Positions 49,234 to 58,490 of a stretch of 64,000 nt of DNA are shown here, one piece after another. The notes below the pieces were generated by a model. The model ran no database searches. It was not told where the DNA came from and worked only from the letters and a program-made list of their open reading frames with translations. Origin of the DNA: Polyangiaceae bacterium (GTDB taxonomy: Bacteria; Myxococcota_A; Polyangia; Polyangiales; Polyangiaceae); contig CBDCTZ010000014.1 in NCBI GenBank assembly GCA_965222375.1, positions 768,001 through 832,000 of the forward strand, in the 5' to 3' direction. Numbering within the stretch: the stretch's first letter is position 1; each line of letters starts with the position of its first letter. Made by a program: the position numbers and the translations under genes.

Positions 49234-50264
49234 CCCGGGGAACATGGGCTCTCGTGGTTGCAGTGTTGGTGTGCGCAGGTCTGGGCGCTTGTGCGGATCG
49301 TGCTCCCGGTAAGTTTCCCCACCATCAGCACCTGACCCAAGACTGCGGCGTCCCGGGAAAGCCCGCTTGCTTGTCGTGCAACGATTGCCACGCCGTCTCA
49401 GAGCGCGATCGCGCCCATCGTCTGCCGGCCAAAGAGAAGTGCGAGCGTTGTCACCGCTCCGACGCACACGAGGTGCGCGCCGCCCTGAGCGCGCCCGCCA
49501 AACGCAGCGTGGGCGCGATCCGCTTCAACCACCCGAAACACCTCGCGATGGATTCGCTGAAGGGGCAATGCGTGCCCTGTCATAGCGGCGTCGTGAAACG
49601 GGGTGAGTCGCCGGTGCCACCCATGAGCAAGTGCTTCGACTGCCATGAGCACGAAGAGCAGTGGCGCAAGGCAGTGTGCACGCCCTGCCACGAGTCCACG
49701 GAGCTATCCCAGACTTTGCCTAGGACGTTTCTGCGCCACGACGAGGCTTTTGCTAGCGGCCACGGAGTCCAAGCCATCGCGAACGCCGCCATGTGCGCGT
49801 CCTGTCACAGCCGCGCGCAGTGTGACGACTGTCACGATGTGGCTCAGAATCTCACCGTGGCGAAGCGTCGCCCCGAGAAGGTCGAACGCACCTTCGTGCA
49901 TCGTGGAGACTTCATGGTGCGACACGCGATCGAGGCGCAGGCCCAGCCCGCACGTTGCATGACCTGCCACACCACGCAGAGCTGCGACTCATGCCATGTG
50001 GCGCGAGGCGTGAGCGGCAACCGAGTGCGGGGTCGAAACCCGCACCCCCCGGGGTGGGTCGGGGGCAACCCAGCGTCCAAGAACTTCCATGGACGTGACG
50101 CCCGCCGCGACATCGTGATGTGCGCGAGTTGCCACGAGCGGGGGCGGGCAACAAACTGCATACGCTGCCACAAGGTCGGGGCCCACGGCGGCAACCCGCA
50201 CCCGGGCGGCTGGAAGAGCAATCAGTCGGAAGGCTCCCGAATGTGTCGGTACTGCCATGAGTGA
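49230..50264 (+). CDS. Dodecaheme c-type cytochrome lipoprotein
   Basis: 12 CxxCH motifs; F.H..H c3/c7-like motifs; lipobox LGAC. Confidence 0.92.
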   Translation: MTRGTWALVVAVLVCAGLGACADRAPGKFPHHQHLTQDCGVPGKPACLSCNDCHAVSERDRAHRLPAKEKCERCHRSDAHEVRAALSAPAKRSVGAIRFNHPKHLAMDSLKGQCVPCHSGVVKRGESPVPPMSKCFDCHEHEEQWRKAVCTPCHESTELSQTLPRTFLRHDEAFASGHGVQAIANAAMCASCHSRAQCDDCHDVAQNLTVAKRRPEKVERTFVHRGDFMVRHAIEAQAQPARCMTCHTTQSCDSCHVARGVSGNRVRGRNPHPPGWVGGNPASKNFHGRDARRDIVMCASCHERGRATNCIRCHKVGAHGGNPHPGGWKSNQSEGSRMCRYCHE

Positions 50265-51924
50265 TCCAGAGCGGCCGCCACGCGCAGGCTGGAAGCGCAC
50301 GCTCCCAGTGTGGGCCATGCTCAGCGTGGCCGGGCTCTTGGGATCCCTGGCGCCCAGCTGTCTGGAACGTCGCGATGATGAAAACGCGACCGGGGATGCC
50401 CGACGTTGCGCGAGCTGTCACGGTGATCCGAGCCGGGACGGAGACTTCTTGGCGCGGTCTGCTCCGCCGAACGACCTGGCTGGCGACACGGACATCTCTT
50501 TCCCCGGCGTTGGCGCGCACCAGCTTCACATGCAGGCCAGCAGCACCCATGGTCCCGTTCCCTGCGGCGAATGCCACACCGTGCCTGAGGCTACGGAGTC
50601 CCCGGGTCATGCCGACGACGCGCGCCCCGCCGAGCTGCGATTTGGCAGCATCGCCCAAACCGGTGGTCGCTCGCCGAGCTACGACTTCGCAGCTCGGCGC
50701 TGCTCTGACTCCTGGTGCCACCGGGATGCTGACGCTGTGTGGACGAAGCCCCGCTCGAGTGAAGACGCCTGCGGAAGCTGCCACGCCTTGCCCCCGGCGG
50801 CGCCGCATCCGGAGTCCAGCGAGTGCAGCCGCTGCCATGGCGAAGTCATCGGTGCCGACGGCAAGTTCGTGGCGCCCGAGCTGCACGTCAACGGGATTGT
50901 CGAAGCGGTGCCCGGTGGATGCTCGGACTGCCATGGCAGCGATGACAACTCTGCGCCGCCCAGGGACACCCAGGGCAACACGCAAGTGTCCGCCATTGGA
51001 GTCGGCGCCCACCAGGTGCACCTGTCAGGCGGCATGTCTAGCCGACCGCTCGAGTGCTCGGAGTGCCACACGGTGCCAACGGAAGTTGGCAGCCCGGGGC
51101 ACGCGGACGACTTGCCCGCCGAAGTCGTGTTGCTCGGCGTCGCCACCACCAGCGGCCGCGCGCCGACCTGGGACCGCACCGCCAAGACGTGTGCGGAGAG
51201 CTGGTGCCATTCCCCGAGCCCAGTCACCACCCAGCCGTCGCCAGATTGGACCGTAGCCGGGCCTTTGAGCTGCACGAGCTGTCACGGTTCACCGCCCCCA
51301 GCGCCCCATCCCCAGCGTACGGATTGCGCCCAGTGCCACGGAGACGTCGTGGCTGCTGACAACATGAGCATCAAGGATCCCACTCGCCATGTAGACGGTG
51401 TGGTCGATGTGTTGGCGAATCTGGCCTGCAACGTGTGCCACGGCAGCACCAACCCGGCGCCACCGCTGGACGTGGCCGGCAACAGCGCCACCACCTTTGC
51501 CGGGGTCGGCGCCCATCAGACCCACCTGGCCGGCTCCGCCATATCGCGCCCGGTGCCCTGCGAGGAATGTCACGAGGTTCCCACCGACTACAAAGACACG
51601 GACCATCTTGGCGCGTTGCCTGCCGAGTTGATTTTCTCCGGCGCAGCGGTGGCGAAGGGTGCAACGCCGGCGTATTCGAGCGGAACGTGTTCCAATACCT
51701 GGTGTCACGCTTCGAAGGGCGTGACGTCTGGAGGCAGCGTCCCCGCTCCCACGTGGACCAAAGTGGATGGCAGCCAGGCGACGTGCGGCGCCTGTCACGC
51801 TTTGCCGCCAACGACAGGGCACCCACAGATTGCGAACTGCAATCAATGTCACAAGAACATCGCGGCGGACAATCTCACCTTCCCGAACCCCGCGACCCAC
51901 GTGGACGGCAACGTCACCTTCTAG
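50257..51924 (+). CDS. 15-heme CxxxxCH/CxxCH-repeat cytochrome lipoprotein
   Basis: Three repeats of five motifs (12 CxxCH plus 3 Cx4CH with WCH); GVGAHQ.H and HV.G in each repeat; lipobox LAPSC. Confidence 0.92.
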   Translation: MSDPERPPRAGWKRTLPVWAMLSVAGLLGSLAPSCLERRDDENATGDARRCASCHGDPSRDGDFLARSAPPNDLAGDTDISFPGVGAHQLHMQASSTHGPVPCGECHTVPEATESPGHADDARPAELRFGSIAQTGGRSPSYDFAARRCSDSWCHRDADAVWTKPRSSEDACGSCHALPPAAPHPESSECSRCHGEVIGADGKFVAPELHVNGIVEAVPGGCSDCHGSDDNSAPPRDTQGNTQVSAIGVGAHQVHLSGGMSSRPLECSECHTVPTEVGSPGHADDLPAEVVLLGVATTSGRAPTWDRTAKTCAESWCHSPSPVTTQPSPDWTVAGPLSCTSCHGSPPPAPHPQRTDCAQCHGDVVAADNMSIKDPTRHVDGVVDVLANLACNVCHGSTNPAPPLDVAGNSATTFAGVGAHQTHLAGSAISRPVPCEECHEVPTDYKDTDHLGALPAELIFSGAAVAKGATPAYSSGTCSNTWCHASKGVTSGGSVPAPTWTKVDGSQATCGACHALPPTTGHPQIANCNQCHKNIAADNLTFPNPATHVDGNVTF

Positions 51925-51956
51925 ACGAAGCCGTTCGCCGCTTCGCGCCGAGCTGC

Positions 51957-51982
51957 GGCCGGGTCGGCGCGCCGACCCGGCC
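51957..51982. terminator. 26-bp perfect palindrome between convergent genes
   Basis: GGCCGGGTCGGCGCGCCGACCCGGCC; no U-tract. Confidence 0.5.
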
Positions 51983-52016
51983 TGCGGCAAAGCCGAAGCC
52001 TGCCCGACCCGCTCCG

Positions 52017-53786
52017 CTAGCGGTTTTTGCCGAATAGGTGGCAGCCCACGCAGGTTGCGGCTTCGGGCTCGTGGTTCTTCTGTGCCCGATGACAGCTCAG
52101 GCAGGTGGCTTTGGACGCGCCCCGCGCGGGTCCATGCCCGGTATGGCACTGGTTGCACTTGGAGTGCTCTTTGAAGGAGTGCAGGCCTGGTAGGTCTTGC
52201 TTCTTGTGGCAGCTGCCGCAGCTCGGCGGGCCTGCGACGCCACTGGGGCCATGGGGCCGGTGACACGATTGGCAGCCCTTCTTCAACAGACCATGGGCGG
52301 ACTTAGCTTCCGTCTTGTGGCATTTGACGCAAGGAGCTGACTTTGCGGAGCCACTATGCGGTTGGTGGCAACTGGTGCAGTCCTGATGCCCCGCCGGCGC
52401 GGTCCGGTGTTCTTCTTTGTGGCAGTCCCGGCACGCAGTACGCACTTGGCCGCCGTGGGGCTCGTGACACTTCGAACATTTGGTGTGTCCCTTGACTACT
52501 TGCTTATGGGACGTCTCGTGGCATTTGACGCAAGCTGCGGAGCGCGCGCTGGGCTTGTGCGGCAAGCCCTGGTGGCAGCTTTGGCAATTCGTGTGATCGC
52601 TCAGGCGACGGGCAACGGTTACCTGCTTGGCGTGGCAAGCGCTGCATGCGGCCAGGTTCGAGAGCGCGCGTTTGAAATTGTGTGGCGTGTGGCACTGCTT
52701 GCAGTCCGTGCCGCCGTGGTAGGCGCGTTCCGAGTGCGCCTCTTGATGGCAGCTACTGCAGTTGCGTGCGCGGGAGTGGCGGCGGTTCGCCGGCGGGTGG
52801 GGATCGTGGCAACCCACGCAGGTGCCCGCGTTGCCTTTCTTCGGGTGATCCGGCTTCTTGTCCTTGTGGCAGGCAGCGCAGGCTCGATCAGGGCTGTTCT
52901 TCACGTCATGAGCGGCGTGGCAGCTGTTGCAGCGCCCGTGATCACGCACCCGAGGCGCGCCGATGGTCCGGGTGCCGTCATGGCAGCTGGTGCACAGCAC
53001 CGCCTCGGCTTTGCCGAAACGATGGGGCTGGTGGCAGGCAATGCATTCCTTGTGGCCTTCGAATAGGGCTGCCGCCGGAATCGTCGGCTTTTCTTCGGCG
53101 TGGCACTTGGCGCAAGCGTCCTTCGCGTCGCTGGCCAAGCCGTGCTGGCTCTGATGGCAGGTGGTGCATACCTCGACCAGACCGCGGCCTTCCGCCGCGT
53201 GGGTGGTTTCCGTGTCGCCATGACACTCGCTGCAAGGGGCGGACTTTGGCTTCTGCCCAGCGTGGGGATCGTGACACTTCAAGCATTCTCGGGTTCCGTG
53301 AACCTCGACCGCCGGCGTGTCGCCCTGCGCTTCCTTGTGGCAGCGCCCGCAGTCGCCAGCGGGGTGTGGCTCGATGGCCGCATCCGGGCCGGCGTCTGTG
53401 CCACCGTCAAAGTCGTCACCCAGTACGAAGGCGTGACAGTCGAGGCAATCACTCTTGGCCTTCGGTCCCCAGCGCTCCTTGGCACCCTTCTCTGCGTGAA
53501 CGGACTGGGACTCGTCCTCGTGGCACTCGATGCAAGCGTCCTTTCGCACTTCCGCCACGGAGTCTTCGGTGATGTTGTGGCACTTGGCACAAGCGATCTT
53601 CTCGACCAACACGTGCAGGTGGTGACCACTAACGAGTCGCGACTCCATCCAGCTTGCTGGGATGTTCACCCCCTTGCCCACCGAAGCGCTGCCAGCATGG
53701 GAGTCGGCGTCCGCACAAGCCGCTAGCAGCGCCAGGGGTATGGCAGCGGCGAGCAGCATGGACAACGCGAAGTCGGATCGGTTCAC
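52017..53786 (-). CDS. 27-heme c-type cytochrome lipoprotein
   Basis: 27 CxxCH motifs in 589 aa, largely as CxxCHxPH...CxxCH doublets; lipobox LLAAC. Confidence 0.93.
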   Translation of the reverse strand: MNRSDFALSMLLAAAIPLALLAACADADSHAGSASVGKGVNIPASWMESRLVSGHHLHVLVEKIACAKCHNITEDSVAEVRKDACIECHEDESQSVHAEKGAKERWGPKAKSDCLDCHAFVLGDDFDGGTDAGPDAAIEPHPAGDCGRCHKEAQGDTPAVEVHGTRECLKCHDPHAGQKPKSAPCSECHGDTETTHAAEGRGLVEVCTTCHQSQHGLASDAKDACAKCHAEEKPTIPAAALFEGHKECIACHQPHRFGKAEAVLCTSCHDGTRTIGAPRVRDHGRCNSCHAAHDVKNSPDRACAACHKDKKPDHPKKGNAGTCVGCHDPHPPANRRHSRARNCSSCHQEAHSERAYHGGTDCKQCHTPHNFKRALSNLAACSACHAKQVTVARRLSDHTNCQSCHQGLPHKPSARSAACVKCHETSHKQVVKGHTKCSKCHEPHGGQVRTACRDCHKEEHRTAPAGHQDCTSCHQPHSGSAKSAPCVKCHKTEAKSAHGLLKKGCQSCHRPHGPSGVAGPPSCGSCHKKQDLPGLHSFKEHSKCNQCHTGHGPARGASKATCLSCHRAQKNHEPEAATCVGCHLFGKNR

Positions 53787-53911
53787 TAAGCCTGCATCAT
53801 AGCTGCGCCAGGCAATTGCGCCGACAAAGTGTATGCGCGAATATTGCGTGGGTTCTGGTCAATGCGAGGGACTTGCCGTCCGGCGTGCTTACCCATAATA
53901 CTCGCCGCATC

Positions 53912-54685
53912 GTGGAGCAGCACTGGCTTGGCTACGTCGCACTGGGGTGCGCAGGGATCGCGGCGGCCATCTTGATCGGCTACCTGGTGGTGCGCCCGGT
54001 GATCGACCTGCGCTCCAAGGTGATGCTACTTCTCGGCCTTGGCGTGTTCCCGGCGTTCTCGGCCACCGCGAGCACTGTTGCGGGAATGGAGGCAACGACC
54101 CAGCGCGAGTTCTGCGGATCATGTCACGTGATGACCGAGCACTTCGAGAACTCCGGGGATGGCAGGTCGCAGTCCTTGGCGGCGCGCCATTCGCGCAACC
54201 CGTTCTTTGGCGGTAACAGCTGCTACGTCTGCCACGCGGACTACGGCATGTACGGCTACGCCATGACCAAAGCCGGCGGCATGATGCATGTCTACCATTA
54301 CTACCTCAGCGGCTATCGCGGGATGTCCTTAGAGGACGCCAAGCAGAAGATCCGTCTGAACAAGCCCTACGACAATCTCAATTGTCGGCAGTGCCACACC
54401 AGCACGCTGCACGATTGGCGGCGCGTGCCAGATCACGAGTCGCTCAAGGCCGAGCTCGACAAGAACGAAGTCAGCTGCGCTAGCGCAGGATGTCACGGCT
54501 TCGCACATCCCTTCACCAAGACGGAAGAAGAGAAACGCAAGTCGAAGGCTCGATCCGGCAAGAAGCCCAAGGCTTCCGCTGCGCCGAGCGGCAGCGCGCC
54601 GACGGCCGGCAGCGCTCCAGCGAGCGGCGTGCCCACTGCGGGCAGCGCGCGACCTGCGGCTAGCGGACCGGAGCCAATGCCATGA
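53912..54685 (+). CDS. NapC/NirT-family membrane tetraheme cytochrome
   Basis: Two N-terminal TM helices; T...EFCGSCHVM, CYVCH, K..G, CRQCH, CASAGCH..AH. Confidence 0.88.
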   Translation: MEQHWLGYVALGCAGIAAAILIGYLVVRPVIDLRSKVMLLLGLGVFPAFSATASTVAGMEATTQREFCGSCHVMTEHFENSGDGRSQSLAARHSRNPFFGGNSCYVCHADYGMYGYAMTKAGGMMHVYHYYLSGYRGMSLEDAKQKIRLNKPYDNLNCRQCHTSTLHDWRRVPDHESLKAELDKNEVSCASAGCHGFAHPFTKTEEEKRKSKARSGKKPKASAAPSGSAPTAGSAPASGVPTAGSARPAASGPEPMP

Positions 54686-54990
54686 ACAAGGTCACCAAGA
54701 CCCTGGTTCAACGCTCCGTCAGCCGCCTGCTCCAGGTCGGTTGCGTGTTGGCGCTTCTGGGTCTCGCATTGATGTCTTGGTCCATCTTGGACCCGTCGCC
54801 GTTGCCGGTGATTGCAGCCATGAGCGTGGGTCAGGTGCTCGGGGGCGCTGCGTTTCTCTGTTACTTGCTGGCCATTCTTGTCGACATGGTGCGAACCACG
54901 CCGCGGCAAACTGCGCACGGGCTCGAGCCGCCGCCGGAGGGTCCCTTTTCCACACGGCCTGGTGCGGCGGATCCTGACGACGGCACCTAA
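54682..54990 (+). CDS. Small two-TM membrane protein
   Basis: ATGA overlap with the NapC-like gene; two hydrophobic helices. Confidence 0.7.
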   Translation: MNKVTKTLVQRSVSRLLQVGCVLALLGLALMSWSILDPSPLPVIAAMSVGQVLGGAAFLCYLLAILVDMVRTTPRQTAHGLEPPPEGPFSTRPGAADPDDGT

Positions 54991-55058
54991 TTGCGTCGCG
55001 CCTCGTTGCCTGAACGCCAGCCCGCGTGGCAGCGGTCGAGCGCGCCCCGGCGCCAACC

Positions 55059-55195
55059 GGTGTCAAACCCATGACACCCGCTGTCTAAGAATCGCGGGTG
55101 GATGTTGAACTTTGCGCCCCGAAACAAACGCGCTTCCGTTGCGGATAACGCCACCCGAGCGCGCACGGCTTGCGCAAATTCTTGACCTACGTCAC
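55059..55195. promoter_or_regulatory. Candidate regulator sites upstream of the hexaheme gene
   Basis: GGTGTCA-N6-TGACACC (55059-55078); FNR/CRP-like TTGAC-N4-GTCAC (55182-55195). Confidence 0.45.
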
Positions 55196-55353
55196 GCACT
55201 ATTCCGCACACGAGCGCCCACCCGTCACTGCAATAAAATGCTGAGAATTCGGCTTTTCCAATCGATAGCTGCTGTGTATGAGCACGCTTGGGCTCGTTGT
55301 CACTGTCCTTGCATGCGCGAGAGCCGGGTCAAAGGGTCATAGGAGTGAAACTC

Positions 55354-56697
55354 ATGAAAACGGGATTGATACTGGGCGTGGGGGGACTGATTGCGTTGCT
55401 TGCCAGCTGTAGCGGAAGCGACGGTGCGGACGGCAAGACAGGCCCCGCCGGTGCCGAGGGGCCCGCCGGTCCCGCCGGAACCGCAGGCCCCGCCGGAACC
55501 GCAGGCCCCGCCGGCCCTGCCGGCCCCGCAGGCCCCGGCGCTGATGGCGGTGGTACCCCCGATGGCGGCTTGGTCACAGGTTGTCTCTCGCCCTGCCACG
55601 GATTCACCGGAATCGTGGAGCAGTGGAAGACCAGCACGCACTTTGCGGTCTACACCGCCAGCCTCGGTGGCGAAGAAGTCGCCTCGTGGACCGGCGCCCG
55701 CAACTGCGGTAGCTGCCACGCCTCGGACGCCATCGAGCAGCGTGTAGCTGGCAACGTTGGTTTCAAGGGCACGGCTGGGCCGACCAACGTCAAGGACGGG
55801 CAGCTGGGCTACCTAGACAGCACGAGCACCAAGTTCGCGGAAGCCACCTACGCTGGCCAGACTACGGTCGCTCAGGTCGGTTGCGTGACCTGCCACAGTG
55901 TCACTGCCGCAACGGATCCCCACAACACCGGTGCGGTCTATACCGCCGGCGCCTTCCCGCTGCGCGTGCCCACGGGCGCCACAGACGAGGCGTACATCGA
56001 GACGTCTTCGGCTGTCGGAACGGTTGACGGCACGAAAGCTGGTGCCTTCGGAGCGGGCAACGCCTGCGTGTGGTGTCACAAGTCTCGCAAGGACGTGACC
56101 AACTACATCGGTGCCAGCACCAGCATCTTCCACCGCTATTGGGGACCGCACGAGGGGCCGCAAACGGACATCTACTCCGGTAAGGGTGGTTACGAGTACA
56201 CCGGCCTCACCTACGGTTCGGGGACGCACTCGACCATCGCGTCGGGTTGCGTGAGCTGCCACATGCCCGGAGTCGTGGCGAACGGCAACATCGGCGACCA
56301 CTCGTTCTACCCGAAGGTCAGCACGTGTAACGCTGCTGGATGCCACACGGGCGCCACGGACTTCAACATCAACAGCGCAGTGACAGCGATGAAGCTCACC
56401 ATCGACGAGCTTCGTGCAGCGCTGAACACCAAGGGCTGGCTCACCCAGGATAGCTCGGCGCCCTATGGCCCGCTCACGGCAGGGCAGCTGGCCGACGACG
56501 ACTACGGCCACGACCACACCCGGCCGGGCGCCACGGGTCTGACGGCGGACGAAGCCGGAGCGCTGTACAACTACCTGTTGATCGCCCGCGGTGGTGATAA
56601 TGGTGTTCACAACCCGAAGTACACGCGGCAGCTGCTCTTCGACTCCATCAAGGCGGTCACGGGCAATAACCCAACCACTCTGCTCGTGCGTCCCTAG
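55354..56697 (+). CDS. Hexaheme cytochrome lipoprotein with collagen-like stalk
   Basis: SD AGGAG; lipobox LLASC; about 12 G-X-Y triplets; CLSPCH, CGSCH, CVTCH, CVWCH, CVSCH, CNAAGCH; C-terminal YNY...GVHNPKY. Confidence 0.88.
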   Translation: MKTGLILGVGGLIALLASCSGSDGADGKTGPAGAEGPAGPAGTAGPAGTAGPAGPAGPAGPGADGGGTPDGGLVTGCLSPCHGFTGIVEQWKTSTHFAVYTASLGGEEVASWTGARNCGSCHASDAIEQRVAGNVGFKGTAGPTNVKDGQLGYLDSTSTKFAEATYAGQTTVAQVGCVTCHSVTAATDPHNTGAVYTAGAFPLRVPTGATDEAYIETSSAVGTVDGTKAGAFGAGNACVWCHKSRKDVTNYIGASTSIFHRYWGPHEGPQTDIYSGKGGYEYTGLTYGSGTHSTIASGCVSCHMPGVVANGNIGDHSFYPKVSTCNAAGCHTGATDFNINSAVTAMKLTIDELRAALNTKGWLTQDSSAPYGPLTAGQLADDDYGHDHTRPGATGLTADEAGALYNYLLIARGGDNGVHNPKYTRQLLFDSIKAVTGNNPTTLLVRP

Positions 56698-56930
56698 GAG
56701 GCAGCCCAACCCTTGACCTGTCGCCGCAACTAGCCTCCTGGTGCGGCGGGGGGGGCAATGCGCAGCGGCGGTGGCCACACGGTGTGGCGCCGCCGCTCGC
56801 CTATTTGGCGAAGTCGTTTCAGGACGATGGCAAGTTGCTCGTGACACAATGGCTAGCTGATCCGCTAGCCAAGAACGACTCTGGCGAGCCCGAGCGCGGT
56901 GTCGTAGTCTGAACGCTTGTTGGAGGTGTC

Positions 56931-58490
56931 ATGAGCCAGCGAGCGTCGCGCTTCGTCGTTTTGGGGGGAATCACTTCTCTGTGCGCCGGTGTTGCGTCTT
57001 GCAGCGGCGACATCAGCGGCGGTTCACCAGTCAAGGACGGCGGCGCCGCCGCCAGCAGCGGCAGCGGGGGCGCCAGTGGAGGCGGCGGCGGAACCACTGG
57101 AGGCAGCGGCGGCTTTGGGGCGGCGTCCGGCTCCGGCGGCGTCGCGGGCTCCGGCGGGGTTGCAGGGGCCAGTGGCGGCGGAGGCGCTGCGACCGGTGGC
57201 ACGGCTGGCAGCGGAGGCGCCGCTACTGGTGGAACGGCAGGAACCGGCGGCGCCGCGACGGGCGGCACCCCGGGCACGGGTGGCGCCGCGACGGGTGGCA
57301 CCGCTGGAACGGGCGGCGGCACGGGGGGGACCGCAGCCTTCAACTGCACGGCGGCCAGCGGTGCGGCTGGCAACCTCAAGCTCACCACCGTGGCTACCGG
57401 CTACAGCACGCCGCTGCTCGCCAAAAGTCCCAAGGGTGATGGCGCCCGCTTGTTTGTGGTCCAAAAGAACGGACGCATCCTGCTGATCAAGAACGGCAGC
57501 AAGGTGTCGACGCCGTTTTTGGACATTTCGGGGCGAGTCACGACGAACGCCAACGAACGCGGGCTGCTCGGTCTCGCTTTCCACCCGAACTTTGCGTCCA
57601 ACGCGCGCTTCTACGTGCACTACAGCAGTGGCAACACGGCGACGGCTCCTACCGGCAGCACCGTGATCAGCGAGTTCGTTGCTGGCACCAAGGCGTCGCC
57701 CAACGCGGCATCGGACACCGCCGATCCGAGTTCAGAAAAAGTGCTGCTCACAGCCAGCCAACCCTTCAGCAATCACAACGGCGGCTCGATCGAGTTCAAG
57801 CCCAACGACGGCAGCCGCTTGTTCATTGCTCTGGGTGACGGTGGCAGTGGGGGCGACCCACAAAACAACGGTCAGAAGCTGACCACCCTGATGGGTAAGA
57901 TGTTGCGCATCGACGTGGACACCACCACCGGCGGCAAGCAGTACGGCATCCCCGGCGGCAACATGACGGGCGGTGGCGCGCTGCCAGAACTCTGGAGCTA
58001 CGGCCTGCGCAACCCCTATCGAATCAGCTTCGACGCCTGCAACAGCGATATGTACATTGCGGACGTGGGCCAGAACGCATGGGAAGAGATCAACGTCGAG
58101 CCGGCGAGCTCCGCCAGTGGCAAAAACTACGGTTGGCGCGTGATGGAAGCCTCCAAGTGCTTCAATCCATCGTCGGGATGTGACCAGAGTGGCAAAGTGC
58201 TTCCCGCAGCCGAGTATCCCCACAGCCAGGGCTGCTCCGTGACCGGCGGTTACGTCTACCGTGGCTCCAAGATCCCGTGGCTGCGCGGAACCTATCTGTA
58301 CGCGGACTACTGCAGCGGCCGCTTTTGGTCCTTCCGCTGGACGGGCAGCTCCGCAGCCAGCAAGCAAGAGATCACGAGCGACATCAATCCGGGCACGTCC
58401 GTGAAAAGCATCACCTCCTTCGGGCAGGATGCCTACGGAGAGCTGTACATCACAGCCGGCGGCAGTGTTCGCCGCATCGACCCCGAGTGA
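56931..58490 (+). CDS. PQQ-dependent sugar dehydrogenase (glucose/sorbosone type) lipoprotein
   Basis: ERGLLGLAFHP, NHNGG, GDGG, GLRNP, DVGQ..WEE, SVTGG.VYRG. Confidence 0.93.
   Translation: MSQRASRFVVLGGITSLCAGVASCSGDISGGSPVKDGGAAASSGSGGASGGGGGTTGGSGGFGAASGSGGVAGSGGVAGASGGGGAATGGTAGSGGAATGGTAGTGGAATGGTPGTGGAATGGTAGTGGGTGGTAAFNCTAASGAAGNLKLTTVATGYSTPLLAKSPKGDGARLFVVQKNGRILLIKNGSKVSTPFLDISGRVTTNANERGLLGLAFHPNFASNARFYVHYSSGNTATAPTGSTVISEFVAGTKASPNAASDTADPSSEKVLLTASQPFSNHNGGSIEFKPNDGSRLFIALGDGGSGGDPQNNGQKLTTLMGKMLRIDVDTTTGGKQYGIPGGNMTGGGALPELWSYGLRNPYRISFDACNSDMYIADVGQNAWEEINVEPASSASGKNYGWRVMEASKCFNPSSGCDQSGKVLPAAEYPHSQGCSVTGGYVYRGSKIPWLRGTYLYADYCSGRFWSFRWTGSSAASKQEITSDINPGTSVKSITSFGQDAYGELYITAGGSVRRIDPE

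Noticed and set aside
57050..57330. Gly/Ser/Thr-rich DNA repeats here and at about 9700, 39480 and 45160
   Set aside because: Ordinary low-complexity linkers of myxobacterial lipoproteins.
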